A stretch of 32,000 nucleotides of DNA from Halococcus sp. AFM35. GTDB lineage: Archaea; Halobacteriota; Halobacteria; Halobacteriales; Halococcaceae. The notes beneath the pieces were generated by a model, which was not told where the DNA came from, did no database searches, and saw only the letters and a list, made by a program, of their open reading frames with translations. Location: positions 98,720 through 130,719 of the forward strand of contig NZ_JBNTJU010000006.1 in NCBI RefSeq assembly GCF_051195015.1, in the 5' to 3' direction. Below, piece by piece: positions 1 through 9,072 of this stretch (positions are counted from its first letter, which is position 1; every line of letters begins with the position of its first letter). Made by a program: the position numbers and the translations under genes.

Positions 1-75
1 TTCCTGCCGAGCGTGAACGACGGAAAATTCGATGGCCGGTCGAATCGCTTGCCGGTCGGCGTCGGCGGAACAGTT

Positions 76-1167
76 ATGACTGTGGCAGACAGTGACACAG
101 AGGCTATGCGAGCAGCAGTCCTCGAAGAACACGGCGAACCGCTCGACATCCGGGACGTGGACGCACCCGACCCCGACCCCACGGGTGCGGTGGTCGAAAT
201 GGAGGCCTGTGGCATCTGTCGGAGCGACTGGCACGGCTGGCAGGGCGACTGGGACTGGCTCGGCATCCAGCCTCAACAGGGCCAAATCCTCGGCCACGAG
301 CCGGCGGGCACGGTCGTCGCGGTCGGCGACGAGGTCGAGCATCTATCGGAGGGCCAGCAGGTCACGGTCCCGTTCAACCTCGGCGACGGGACCTGCAAGC
401 AGTGTCGCACCGGCCACGGCAACACCTGCGAGAACATCCGCCCGCTCGGCTTCGTCGAATCGGTGCCCGGTGCGTTCGCCGAACAACTCCACGTCCCGGC
501 CGCCGAACACAACGCCGTCCCGCTGCCCGACGGCGTCTCGTCGGTCGACATGGCCGGACTTGGCTGTCGGTTCATGACTTCCTTCCACGCGCTTGCCCAT
601 CGGGCCGACATCGGCGGTGGCGACTGGGTGGCGGTGCATGGCTGCGGTGGCGTTGGCCTTTCCGCTGTGCACATCGCCAGCGCGCTCGGCGGGAACGTCA
701 TCGCGGTCGATTTACAGGACGAAAAGCTCGAAAAGGCCGAAGCACTCGGTGCGAGCGCGACGGTCAACGCGAGCGACGTCGAGGACACACCCAACGAGGT
801 CAAATCCATTGCCGACGGCGGCGCGGCGGTCTCGGTCGATGCGCTCGGCATCGAGACCACCTGTCGGAACTCGGTGCTGAGTCTCGGGACCCGCGGCCAG
901 CACATCCAGGTCGGCCTCTCGACGCAGGACGAACAGGGGATGGTCTCGCTGCCGACCGACATGATGGTGATGGGTGAAATCGAGTTCATCGGCTCGCTCG
1001 GGATGGCCCCGACCAACTACGACGAGATATTTCGAATGGTCGGCGACGGCAAACTCGACCCGAGCGCGGTGGTCTCGGAAACCGTGACACTCGACGACGT
1101 CTCGGCGAAACTGGCGGCGATGGACGACTTCGAGACGATGGGCATCCCCGTCATCGACAGTTTCTAA
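76..1167 (+). CDS. Zn-dependent alcohol dehydrogenase (medium-chain dehydrogenase/reductase family)
   Basis: This is track ORF 13..1167. It has a catalytic-zinc context (CGICRSDWH, GHE), a structural-zinc Cys cluster (CKQCRTGHGNTC) and a Rossmann motif (GCGGVG). The start is ambiguous between ATG 76 (MTVADS) and ATG 103 (MRAAVLEEHG); GTG 13 is unlikely. Confidence 0.85.
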   Translation: MTVADSDTEAMRAAVLEEHGEPLDIRDVDAPDPDPTGAVVEMEACGICRSDWHGWQGDWDWLGIQPQQGQILGHEPAGTVVAVGDEVEHLSEGQQVTVPFNLGDGTCKQCRTGHGNTCENIRPLGFVESVPGAFAEQLHVPAAEHNAVPLPDGVSSVDMAGLGCRFMTSFHALAHRADIGGGDWVAVHGCGGVGLSAVHIASALGGNVIAVDLQDEKLEKAEALGASATVNASDVEDTPNEVKSIADGGAAVSVDALGIETTCRNSVLSLGTRGQHIQVGLSTQDEQGMVSLPTDMMVMGEIEFIGSLGMAPTNYDEIFRMVGDGKLDPSAVVSETVTLDDVSAKLAAMDDFETMGIPVIDSF

Positions 1168-1655
1168 CACCCACCTTTTTACTTCGGGGTTCGCGCTCGC
1201 GTTGCTCGCGCTCAACTCTCTGCTCACGGGCGCTTCGCGCCCGTTCACACGGTCCGAGGGAGCTTCACTCCCTCGCTCCTCGCAAAAATCTGGACCAAAA
1301 ACTCCCGCTCGCAAACCGCGCTCGCTACGCTCACACGGACAGTACTGCACCACCAACCACTACCCAGCACCGCAGAAGCCCTCACTCGCTATCTTCTCGC
1401 GGGCCGGGAGACGGCTTCGCCGTCTCCTTCGAGGCGGTTTCACCGCCTCGCTGCCCGCTCGAACGGTCAGCGGCGCGGAGCGCTGCTCGACGCTCGCTCG
1501 TCCTTCGTCCGCCGAGGGACCGCCACACCGCAAACCGCAGCCGCTACGGTGGCCACACCGCGACCGCCACCGCAGCCGCGCCGCCACCGCACCGCGACCA
1601 CCACACCTACCGCCTGTTTTCGGGCCAACACCTATGGTCTCCGCGCGATATCGAC
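1168..1655 (+). repeat. Long copy A of a modular GC-rich intergenic repeat, C-rich on the + strand
   Basis: It shares a perfect 15-mer (1169-1183) and a perfect 20-mer AAAAATCTGGACCAAAAACT (1284-1303) with the reverse complement of 19740-20102. It has four GC hairpins with TTC-type loops (1226-1244, 1256-1274, 1407-1427, 1431-1449). An ACCGC-rich tract contains CCGCAGCCGC twice (1535-1544, 1570-1579). Confidence 0.8.
1169..1183 (+). terminator. Oligo-T block ACCCACCTTTTTACT starting one nt after the ADH stop codon
   Basis: The TAA stop is at 1165-1167 and is followed by a T5 run; archaeal terminators are oligo-T tracts. The identical 15-mer follows the stop of the GT2 gene on the other strand (20086-20100). 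Confidence 0.5.
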
Positions 1656-1659
1656 AGCC

Positions 1660-3621
1660 ATGACCGACGGGGATTGGCGCGCGGCCGAGCGCGAACACAC
1701 CGACGAAGTCATCGGCACCGACACCATCCCACGACTGTTCGAGCGGAGCGCGACACGCAACGCCGACCAGCCCGCTCAGCGGTACAAGGGTGGCGTCCAC
1801 GAGCGTTCACTCGCCGGCAGCGTCGTCAAACGGGCCGACCCCGGCGAGTACGTGACGCTCACCTACGAGGAGTTCCAATCAATCGTCCGCTCGCTCGCGG
1901 CCGGCTTCCGCGACCTCGGCGTCGAAGCCGACGACCGGGTTGGCATCTTCTCGCCGTCGCGCATGGAGTGGGCACAGGCCGACTTCGCCCTGCTGGCGGC
2001 GGGCGCGGTCGTCACCACTGTGTATAAAGAATCCTCGCCACGACAGGTCGAGTACCTGCTCGCCGACCCCGGAGCCACGGGGGTAATCGTCGACGACCGC
2101 GACCGATTGGAGCGCGTGATGGCAGTCGAGGACGCGCTCGACCTCGAATTCGTCGTCGTGCTTGACGACGTTTCGACCACTCGTGAAGACGTGTTCACGC
2201 TCGCCGACATCTACGAGCGCGGCGAGCAAGCCTTCGACCGCGCGGCCTACGAGGGCTGGCTGAGCGAGCGCACCCCCAAGGATTTGGCGAGTCTCATCTA
2301 CACCTCCGGAACGACGGGCAAACCGAAGGGCGTCCGCATGACCCATCGCAACTTCCGGGCGAACATCAACCAGCTCAGAAAGCGCTTCGGCGACCGGCCC
2401 GACAGATCCACCGGCCTCCCTTCGGTGGGCCGCGAGACGGTCGCCCTGTCCTTTCTCCCGCTCGCGCACGTCTTCGAGCGCCTCGCGGGCCACTTCTTCC
2501 TGTTTGCGAGCGGCGCGACCGTCGCCTACGCCGAGAGCGCCGACACGGTGGCCGAAGACATCGAAACCGTCCGGCCGACGACCGCCATCAGCGTTCCACG
2601 AATTTACGAGCGCATCTTCGACTCGATGCGTGAGGACGCCGATTCGGCCGTGAAACGTCGCATCTTCGAGCGCGCGGTCGCGGCGGCAAAGCGCACCAGT
2701 CGAGAGGAGAAACCGGGGCGGACACTCCGGGTCGAGCGCGCGCTCGCCAACCGCCTCGTCTACAGCACTGTGAAGGAAGCGATGGGCGGCAATATCGACT
2801 TTTTCATCAGCGGCGGCGGCAGCCTCTCACCGGAACTGGCTCGCCTATTCGACGGGATGGACCTCCCCATCTACGAGGGCTACGGACTCACCGAGGCCGC
2901 ACCCGTCGTCTCGGTCAACCCACCAGAAGCGCCGAAGCCCGGAACGCTGGGGCCGCCGCTCACTGGCGTCGAGACGAAACTCGATTCGGACGTTCTGCCA
3001 CCCGAACAGCGCGACCGCGAGGGCGACCGTGGCGAACTCTTGGTACGGGGGCCGAACGTCACCGATGGCTACTGGGAGAACCCGGAGGAAACCGACGCCA
3101 CCTTCGAAGAAGGGGGTTGGCTGCGGACCGGCGACATCGTCGAACGCGATGCCGATGGGTATCTCGTCTATCACGAGCGGCTGAAACAGCTGTTGGTGCT
3201 CACCACGGGCAAGAACGTCGCGCCCGGACCCATCGAGGACGCCTTCGCCACCTCCGAGCGGGTCGAACAGGCGATGGTGCTCGGCGACGACGAGAAGTTC
3301 GTGAGCGCCCTGTTGGTCCCGAACTTCGAGAAACTGCGTGCGTGGGCCGCCCGAAAGGGAATCGAACTCCCGAGCGACCGCGCGGCGCTCTGCCGCGACG
3401 AGAACGCCCGCGCGTGGGTCGAAGCACACGTCGAGAACGTCAACGACGAGCTGGAACCCCACGAGCGCATCAAGCGCTTCGAACTCGTTCCCCTCGAATG
3501 GACGCCCGAAAACGACCTGCTCACGCCGTCACTGAAGAAAAAGCGCCGCAACATCGAGGCGCGATTCGACGACCAGATAGACCGCATCTACGCCGCCGGG
3601 CGGCCGGCGGCCGACGACTGA
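1660..3621 (+). CDS. Long-chain acyl-CoA synthetase (AMP-dependent synthetase/ligase, FadD-like)
   Basis: This is track ORF 1549..3621. It has the AMP-binding motif YTSGTTGKPKG, plus GYGLTE and the later TGD..DGYL motifs. The start is taken at ATG 1660 (MTDGDWRAAE) because the upstream 37 codons are Pro/Arg/Thr-rich and lie in the repeat. Confidence 0.88.
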   Translation: MTDGDWRAAEREHTDEVIGTDTIPRLFERSATRNADQPAQRYKGGVHERSLAGSVVKRADPGEYVTLTYEEFQSIVRSLAAGFRDLGVEADDRVGIFSPSRMEWAQADFALLAAGAVVTTVYKESSPRQVEYLLADPGATGVIVDDRDRLERVMAVEDALDLEFVVVLDDVSTTREDVFTLADIYERGEQAFDRAAYEGWLSERTPKDLASLIYTSGTTGKPKGVRMTHRNFRANINQLRKRFGDRPDRSTGLPSVGRETVALSFLPLAHVFERLAGHFFLFASGATVAYAESADTVAEDIETVRPTTAISVPRIYERIFDSMREDADSAVKRRIFERAVAAAKRTSREEKPGRTLRVERALANRLVYSTVKEAMGGNIDFFISGGGSLSPELARLFDGMDLPIYEGYGLTEAAPVVSVNPPEAPKPGTLGPPLTGVETKLDSDVLPPEQRDREGDRGELLVRGPNVTDGYWENPEETDATFEEGGWLRTGDIVERDADGYLVYHERLKQLLVLTTGKNVAPGPIEDAFATSERVEQAMVLGDDEKFVSALLVPNFEKLRAWAARKGIELPSDRAALCRDENARAWVEAHVENVNDELEPHERIKRFELVPLEWTPENDLLTPSLKKKRRNIEARFDDQIDRIYAAGRPAADD

Positions 3622-3629
3622 CGCCCGTA

Positions 3630-4697
3630 TTACTTCCCGCCGATGACGCCCGTCGTCGTGGCGACTTCGCGGGCGGCGCTCTCGTTCATCCCGTTACCGA
3701 GGATGGTGTAGCGGTCGCGGATGGCGTGGGCAGTCGTGAGCGCCTCGACGATGGCGGTCTCGTCGATACCGAGTTCGGCAGCGGCCGTCGGAGCACCGAG
3801 ACCGGCGAGTGCATCCCGGATGTTCTTCCATCTGCCTGCCTCGCCGCTGTGGAGGTATTCGGTCAGAATCGAGCCGACACCCACCTGATGGCCGTGCAGC
3901 GCCGCGCCGGGGGCGATGCGGTCGAGTTGGTGGGAAAAGAGGTGTTCGGCCCCGCTCGCCGGCCGTGAGGAGCCGGCGATGGACATCGCCACGCCCGAGG
4001 AGACGAGCGCCTTGACGACGACCCACGCCGACTCCTCCAACCCTCGTTTGATGGAGTCGGCGTTGTCGACGAGCATCTCGGCGGTCATCTGACTGAGTGC
4101 GCCCGCGTACTCCGAATACTCGACGTTCTGGAGGCGGTTGGCGAGCTGCCAGTCGCGGACGGCAGTGTAGTTCGAGATGATGTCCGCACACCCGGCGGTG
4201 GTGAGTTCCCACGGCGCGTCGGCGATGATTTCGGTATCAGCGACGACAGCTAAGGGAGGTTCGGCGGCGACGCTGTGACGGCTGTCGCCTTCGGGGACGC
4301 TCCCGCGTCCGGAGACGATGCCGTCGTGGCTCGCCGCCGTCGGTACCGAGACGAAGCCCATGTCGAGCGAGTCGCTCGCCATCTTGGCGATGTCGATTGG
4401 TTTGCCGCCACCGACGCCCACCAGAAAGCCCGCCTCGGTCTCGCGGGCGGTCTCGATGACGCGCTCGACGGCTCCGAAACTCGCCCGCTCGACGACGACC
4501 GTCGCCGGTTCCGTTCCCCCATCGGCGAAATCCGCGACGACGCGCTCGCCGGCGACCTCGCGGGCCGTGGGACTGGTCACGACGAGCGGGCGGCCACCGA
4601 GATGGAGCTCGGCGATGGCGTCGGTGGTCTCGGAGAGCACGCCGTGGCCGACCACGACGTTGCGTGGCAGACGAATCCACGTGGTCTTGTCGAACAT
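3630..4697 (-). CDS. egsA: sn-glycerol-1-phosphate dehydrogenase
   Basis: This is track ORF 3630..4832. It is an iron-type ADH/G1PDH-like sequence (GGGKPIDIAK, SHDG, GAEHLFSH, HG.QVG). The start is trimmed to ATG 4697 (MFDKTTWIRLPR) because the upstream 45 codons are Arg-rich and non-acidic. This enzyme makes the G1P backbone of archaeal lipids. Confidence 0.85.
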   Translation of the reverse strand: MFDKTTWIRLPRNVVVGHGVLSETTDAIAELHLGGRPLVVTSPTAREVAGERVVADFADGGTEPATVVVERASFGAVERVIETARETEAGFLVGVGGGKPIDIAKMASDSLDMGFVSVPTAASHDGIVSGRGSVPEGDSRHSVAAEPPLAVVADTEIIADAPWELTTAGCADIISNYTAVRDWQLANRLQNVEYSEYAGALSQMTAEMLVDNADSIKRGLEESAWVVVKALVSSGVAMSIAGSSRPASGAEHLFSHQLDRIAPGAALHGHQVGVGSILTEYLHSGEAGRWKNIRDALAGLGAPTAAAELGIDETAIVEALTTAHAIRDRYTILGNGMNESAAREVATTTGVIGGK

Positions 4698-4942
4698 GAC
4701 CCCTCTCGCTTCCGGGTCGGCAAACCGTTTGCCCTCCGTCCTCAGCGCGTATCGAGCACCGAGAGCACGCGCTCTTCGCGCTCGCAGCCGGGACCGTTCT
4801 CGGGGCTGGCGCTCGGCTCCGTTCGCCCACACTCGTATTCACCATCGCCCACGGACCTTCCCAACTGACTCCTTCGTGCGCCGCCGCGCCACCACCCACG
4901 GCGACCGGCGGGGTTTAGGCTTCCCGGTCCCTCCATCGACCC

Positions 4943-5692
4943 ATGTGCACCCTCGTGCTCGCGTGGCAGGTCTTCGCCGACCGGCCGGTGGTGGTGGCGG
5001 CCAACCGCGACGAAGCCGTCGACCGCGAGTCGAACGCGCCCGGACTGCTCTCGGAAGACCCGAAAGTCCTCGCCCCGAGCGACGCCGAGGCGGGCGGGAC
5101 GTGGATCGGCTACAACGCACATGGATTGTTCGTTGCGGTCACGAACCGCTGGACGGACAGGGAGTTGGCGGGCGAGCGCTCGCGCGGGCTGCTCGTCCGT
5201 GACGCGCTCGAAGCCGATTCGGCGGAAACGGCGGCCCGTCACGTCGAGCGTGCGGTCGAGACTGACGAGTACGAGGGGTTCAACCTCGTGGTGGCCGACG
5301 AGCGGGCGGCGGTCCTGCTCGAATGGGATGAACAGTTACGAGTTCGCAACCTCGATCCCGGCGTCCACGTCGTCATGAACACCGGCGAAATCGGCGACGT
5401 CGACATCTCCGAGTCGTGGCCCGAACGCGGCGAGCGACAGGCCGCAAATGGCAGAAAGGTGCGTGAAGCGCTCCAGCCCGACCCCGGCGAGGGGAGCGAG
5501 GAGTGGCTCGACCGCGCGGCCGACGTCCTCGGCGACCACGACTACGGCGTCTGCGTCCACCACGAGGAGTTCGGCTTCGGCACGCGCTCGTCGTCGCTCA
5601 TCGCCATCGACGAGGAGGGCAACGGCGAGTACGAGTTCGCCGACGGACCGCCCTGTCGAACCGCTTTCGAGCGGGTCGAACGCCGGATTTAA
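4943..5692 (+). CDS. NRDE family protein (TANGO2/DUF833-like)
   Basis: The N-terminal MCTLVLAW...VVAANRDE signature is typical of the NRDE family. The protein is 249 aa. Confidence 0.8.
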   Translation: MCTLVLAWQVFADRPVVVAANRDEAVDRESNAPGLLSEDPKVLAPSDAEAGGTWIGYNAHGLFVAVTNRWTDRELAGERSRGLLVRDALEADSAETAARHVERAVETDEYEGFNLVVADERAAVLLEWDEQLRVRNLDPGVHVVMNTGEIGDVDISESWPERGERQAANGRKVREALQPDPGEGSEEWLDRAADVLGDHDYGVCVHHEEFGFGTRSSSLIAIDEEGNGEYEFADGPPCRTAFERVERRI

Positions 5693-5716
5693 CCCCTCCG
5701 GCGGTGTGGATAGCGT

Positions 5717-6061
5717 ATGAGCACGACGGCCGAAGACGACCTCTCGGAGGACGAGCGCGCCGCCCTCGAACTCGTCCGCTCCACAGGAGGAATCCACCAG
5801 AGCGACTTCTGGAAGGAACTCGACGTTGACTCGCGCACCGGTAGCCGTATGGCCGAGCGCCTCGAAGAGCGCGGTCTCGTCGAGCGCGAGGACACCGTCT
5901 ATGAAGGTCACAACACCTACTACATCGCGCCGGCGGCGCGCGACCTCGATTTCTCACTGCTGATGGCCGGCAACGAACTCTCGCCGCTGGTCGGCGAGGA
6001 GGACGTCGAACCGGAAAGCGACGCCTTCTCCCAGTGGATCATGCAGTTGGCCTACCAGTAG
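5717..6061 (+). CDS. Small winged-helix DNA-binding protein (MarR/TrmB-like wHTH)
   Basis: The protein is 114 aa and acidic. A wHTH-like core (SDFWKELDVDSRTGSRMAERLEERGLVERE) is followed by an acidic tail. The family assignment is by eye only. Confidence 0.6.
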   Translation: MSTTAEDDLSEDERAALELVRSTGGIHQSDFWKELDVDSRTGSRMAERLEERGLVEREDTVYEGHNTYYIAPAARDLDFSLLMAGNELSPLVGEEDVEPESDAFSQWIMQLAYQ

Positions 6062-6556
6062 TCGTCCGAGGGTTCAAAGCCGAAGCCGCGACCAGTCGGC
6101 GGCGTGCAGCGGACGAGCCGGACGGTCGGGGCGGGTACACGCTGTGAGTGCGAGCCACATGTCGAAAACCGACGGCTTCACATCAACGCGACCGACTGTG
6201 CCGGACGCGGCCGGCTCTCGAATCGGGCCTGTCGGACGACGGCCATCGCGGCGCTCGACGGCTCCATCGTCGGAATCGAAACCCATAGCGAGGGCAGCGA
6301 GCGCCATCACGACGAGGGAACGGTCGGCGTTCTCGTGGCTGCGGCCCGGTTCGCCGCTATCGTCGGCGAACACGACGCGGCACTGGCCCAACGAGCATAT
6401 CGAGAGCCGTTCGGGGCCGCCCGCGCGGCGCTCGCCCGTGGCGGACGAGTGGGCGAACTCGCCGCCGTCACAGGAATGGCCGAGGCGCTCGCTCGGGATG
6501 GCTACGGTGTCGGGCACGAACTCAATTCACTTACGTCGGCGGCGGCTATCGGGGCC

Positions 6557-6973
6557 ATGCTTCACGACATCGACGATGCTGGCGACCTCACGCCCGAGGA
6601 ACTGCGTGCGCGCTACGACGAGCGACTGCGAGCGGTCATCGAGAGCCACGGCGTCGAGACGGTACGCGAGGAGACGGGTGTCGAGAGCGAGGCGCTCGCA
6701 AACAGTGAATCGCCAGCCATGACGCTCGAAGATGCCGCGGCCGTGCTCGCGCTCGACCCGGACGAACCCGACGCCGACGCCATCGCCACGGAGACCCGTG
6801 ACCACCTCCTGATGGGGATGACGACCGCCGTGCTCGACGTCGAGGCGGTCGAGTCGGGCATCAACGGGTCGTTCGACGCACGGGAAATCCAGCAGAAGAT
6901 CGAGGGACGACTCCCGATGGACCTCGACGAACTCGCCATGATTCACGGCTACATCGAGCAGCGAAAGCCATGA
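6557..6973 (+). CDS. Conserved haloarchaeal hypothetical protein (I recall this family as DUF5791; unverified)
   Basis: This is the 3' part of track ORF 6104..6973. Third-position GC and acidity become gene-like only from about MLHDIDDAGDLTPEEL (ATG 6557); ATG 6476 is an alternative start. The conserved-looking core is LLMGMTTAVLDVEA...REIQQKIEGRLPM. The stop overlaps the next gene's start as ATGA. Confidence 0.6.
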   Translation: MLHDIDDAGDLTPEELRARYDERLRAVIESHGVETVREETGVESEALANSESPAMTLEDAAAVLALDPDEPDADAIATETRDHLLMGMTTAVLDVEAVESGINGSFDAREIQQKIEGRLPMDLDELAMIHGYIEQRKP

Positions 6974-7857
6974 GGGTCGCGGTCCTCGGCTGTGGCTACG
7001 TGGGTCTCGAACTCGGGCGCAGGCTCGTCCCCGACCACGACGTCGTCGGCGTGCGCCGTTCCGCCGACGGCCACGAGGCAATCGAACGCGCCGGCTTCGA
7101 CGCCATCGAAGCTGACCTCACCAACCCCGAGGACCTCACGGCCGTCCCGGACGTCGATACCCTAATTTTCGCGGCGAGTTCCGGCGGTCGCGGAGCGGCG
7201 GCCGCACGCGAAATCTACGTCGATGGACTTCGAACCGTCATCGAAACCTTCGGCGCGCGCGAGGACTCGCCCGACCGCCTCGTCTACACCTCCTCGACGG
7301 GTGTCTACGGCGACCACGGTGGCGACTGGGTGGACGAGAGCACTCCTCTGGAGCCGACGACCGAGAAGACCGTAGTGCTTGCCGAGGCCGAGCGAGTCGC
7401 GCTCGAAGACGCGAGCGAGCACGGTATCGACGGCACGGTCGTGCGATTCGCTGGTTTGTACGGCCCGGAGCGCTACCGACTTGAGCGCTATCTCGACGGT
7501 CCCGTGACGGAGGGCTATCTCAACATGCTCCATCGGGCGGATGCCGCCGGCGCGATTCGATTCCTGCTCGACAGTGATGCCGGGCGTGGGGAGGCAGTGC
7601 TCGCCGTCGATGACGAACCAGTGGAGAAATGCGACTTTGCTGACTGGCTGGCCGACGAGTGTGACGTGCCCCGCCCGGACAAGCGGACGACCGCCGAGCG
7701 CCTTAGAGAGGGCGACCTCTCGGAGCCGGCACGGCGGCGCATCGAGACCTCCAAACGCTGCTCGAACGCCAAACTCAGGGAGTTGGGCTACGAGTTCGCG
7801 TATCCGACCCACCGCGAGGGCTATCGGGCGGCCATCGAGGAGTATCGCCACGGCTGA
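6970..7857 (+). CDS. NAD(P)-dependent epimerase/dehydratase-type SDR oxidoreductase
   Basis: The N-terminal Rossmann motif is MRVAVLGCGYVGLELG. The extended-SDR architecture includes a YG..K-like region. There is a 4-nt ATGA overlap with the upstream gene. Confidence 0.8.
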   Translation: MRVAVLGCGYVGLELGRRLVPDHDVVGVRRSADGHEAIERAGFDAIEADLTNPEDLTAVPDVDTLIFAASSGGRGAAAAREIYVDGLRTVIETFGAREDSPDRLVYTSSTGVYGDHGGDWVDESTPLEPTTEKTVVLAEAERVALEDASEHGIDGTVVRFAGLYGPERYRLERYLDGPVTEGYLNMLHRADAAGAIRFLLDSDAGRGEAVLAVDDEPVEKCDFADWLADECDVPRPDKRTTAERLREGDLSEPARRRIETSKRCSNAKLRELGYEFAYPTHREGYRAAIEEYRHG

Positions 7858-7877
7858 GCCAGCACGGCGGAAGACTC

Positions 7878-7883
7878 TTTTTT
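7878..7883 (+). terminator. T6 run 21 nt downstream of the SDR stop codon
   Basis: The sequence is gactcTTTTTTctgg. Oligo-T tracts act as archaeal termination signals. Confidence 0.45.
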
Positions 7884-7905
7884 CTGGAGGATAAGCCGCA
7901 ATCGA

Positions 7906-8697
7906 ATGGGGACTTGGGAACACGTCGCGTTTCTCGCCGGCTCGGAAAACCGCGTTCGGGTTCTCGAAGCCCTCCGCGAACGGCCGCGCCGCCAGTGCGA
8001 ACTCGTCGATGCGTGTGGGCTGTCGCGCTCGACGGTCCACCGGACGCTCGACGGACTCGGAGAGCGTGAGTGGGTTCACAGCGAGGGTGGCGAGTACCGA
8101 CTCACGGTCGGCGGCCGGCTCGTACTCGACCAGTTCGACGCCCTCGAAACGGCCATCGAGCGCGTCGACGAGTGGGGACCGTTCCTCCAGCGCCTCGGCT
8201 CGGTCGGCGCGACGCTGCCGACGGCAGCGCTCGACGACGCACGGCTGGTGACGAACGCCCCCGAGAACCCCCACGCCACGATGAGCCACGTCACCGACGT
8301 GCTCGCCGCAGCCGATGGCGAGACGTTTCGGGGCATTTCCCCGGTCGTCAGCCCCGTGACCAACGAGGCCGCCCGCGAGCCGCTCGCAGCCGGTGTGGCG
8401 ATGGAACTCGTCATCGACGAGTCGGTGCTTGAGACCTCGCAGGCGGCCTACCCCGATGCGTTCGCGGCCGCCCACGACTTCGAGAACTTCAAACTGTTCC
8501 TCTCACCTGACGAAATCACGTTCGGGCTCACGGTTTTGGACGACCGCGCGCTGGTCTGTGCCCACGACGAACAGGGCACGCTATATGGGTGTCTCGACGG
8601 CACGAACGAGGCGCTCGTGCGGTGGGCGAACGACGTCTACGAAGACCATCGGGCGGCTGCCCGGCGTATCGATACTGTCCCTAGCCCTCGACAGTGA
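7906..8697 (+). CDS. HTH transcriptional regulator (ArsR-like wHTH with a C-terminal DUF1724/FilR1-like domain)
   Basis: The N-terminus AFLAGSENRVRVLEALRERPRRQCELVDACGLSRSTVHRTLDGL is a classic ArsR-type wHTH. The ~170 aa C-terminal domain fits the archaeal regulator family. The 3' end overlaps the convergent gene by 17 nt. Confidence 0.75.
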   Translation: MGTWEHVAFLAGSENRVRVLEALRERPRRQCELVDACGLSRSTVHRTLDGLGEREWVHSEGGEYRLTVGGRLVLDQFDALETAIERVDEWGPFLQRLGSVGATLPTAALDDARLVTNAPENPHATMSHVTDVLAAADGETFRGISPVVSPVTNEAAREPLAAGVAMELVIDESVLETSQAAYPDAFAAAHDFENFKLFLSPDEITFGLTVLDDRALVCAHDEQGTLYGCLDGTNEALVRWANDVYEDHRAAARRIDTVPSPRQ

Positions 8698-8980
8698 ATC
8701 GCGGCTCTTCGATGGCCTCGCTCTTGCAGTCGGGGCAGCGCGAGGGCCGGTTGATTCGGTCGTCGAAGCCCGCGAAGCCACAGTCACGACACTCCGGCGG
8801 GGCGACCAGCAGTTCTTCGTCGGTCGAATCGAGCGACTGAGCGACGTGTTCGACGTGGTCGAGGGCCGTCTCGGTCGTGATGGCGAACTCGCTGGCGAGG
8901 GTGCTCGCGGCGGCCGGCTGTTCGCGGAGGTGGTCGGCGATGCGCTGGCGCGTCGTCGCGTCGGCATCCGCTCGGCGCAT
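8681..8980 (-). CDS. Transcriptional regulator with an HTH fused to a C-terminal zinc ribbon (COG3357-like)
   Basis: This is track ORF 8681..9064, trimmed to ATG 8980 ([18 protein letters not shown]). The HTH is followed by CRDCGF...CPDC, a 2x CxxC zinc ribbon. Confidence 0.7.
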   Translation of the reverse strand: MRRADADATTRQRIADHLREQPAAASTLASEFAITTETALDHVEHVAQSLDSTDEELLVAPPECRDCGFAGFDDRINRPSRCPDCKSEAIEEPRFTVEG

Positions 8981-9072
8981 GCATCCAATCGGACCCGGTG
9001 GCGCAAAACCGTTTGCCCGGCGCGCCCGGCGCGGGTCGGAAGCCACAAGGCGCTGGCTGTCCACCCGCAGAT

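Noticed and set aside
1549-1659. N-terminal extensions offered by the ORF track: acyl-CoA synthetase from 1549, egsA to 4832, radical SAM to 23792, nac from 8998, the zinc-ribbon regulator to 9064 and the ferritin-like gene to 30946
   Set aside because: The extensions are Arg/Pro/Thr-rich and non-acidic, and in one case lie inside the intergenic repeat. Each has an internal ATG that begins a family-typical N-terminus.
4698-4942. A possible further decayed copy of the intergenic repeat in the egsA/NRDE divergent region
   Set aside because: Only short GC-rich resemblances are present (GCGCTCTTCGCGCTCGC, CCGTTCGCCCACAC and a CCGCC/CCACC-rich tail). None of the perfect 13- to 20-nt blocks occurs. 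This cannot be distinguished from compositional similarity by eye.
7162-8475. 437-aa ORF on the minus strand
   Set aside because: It is antisense to the SDR and HTH-regulator genes, which have clear motifs and an acidic composition. It has no recognisable domain.
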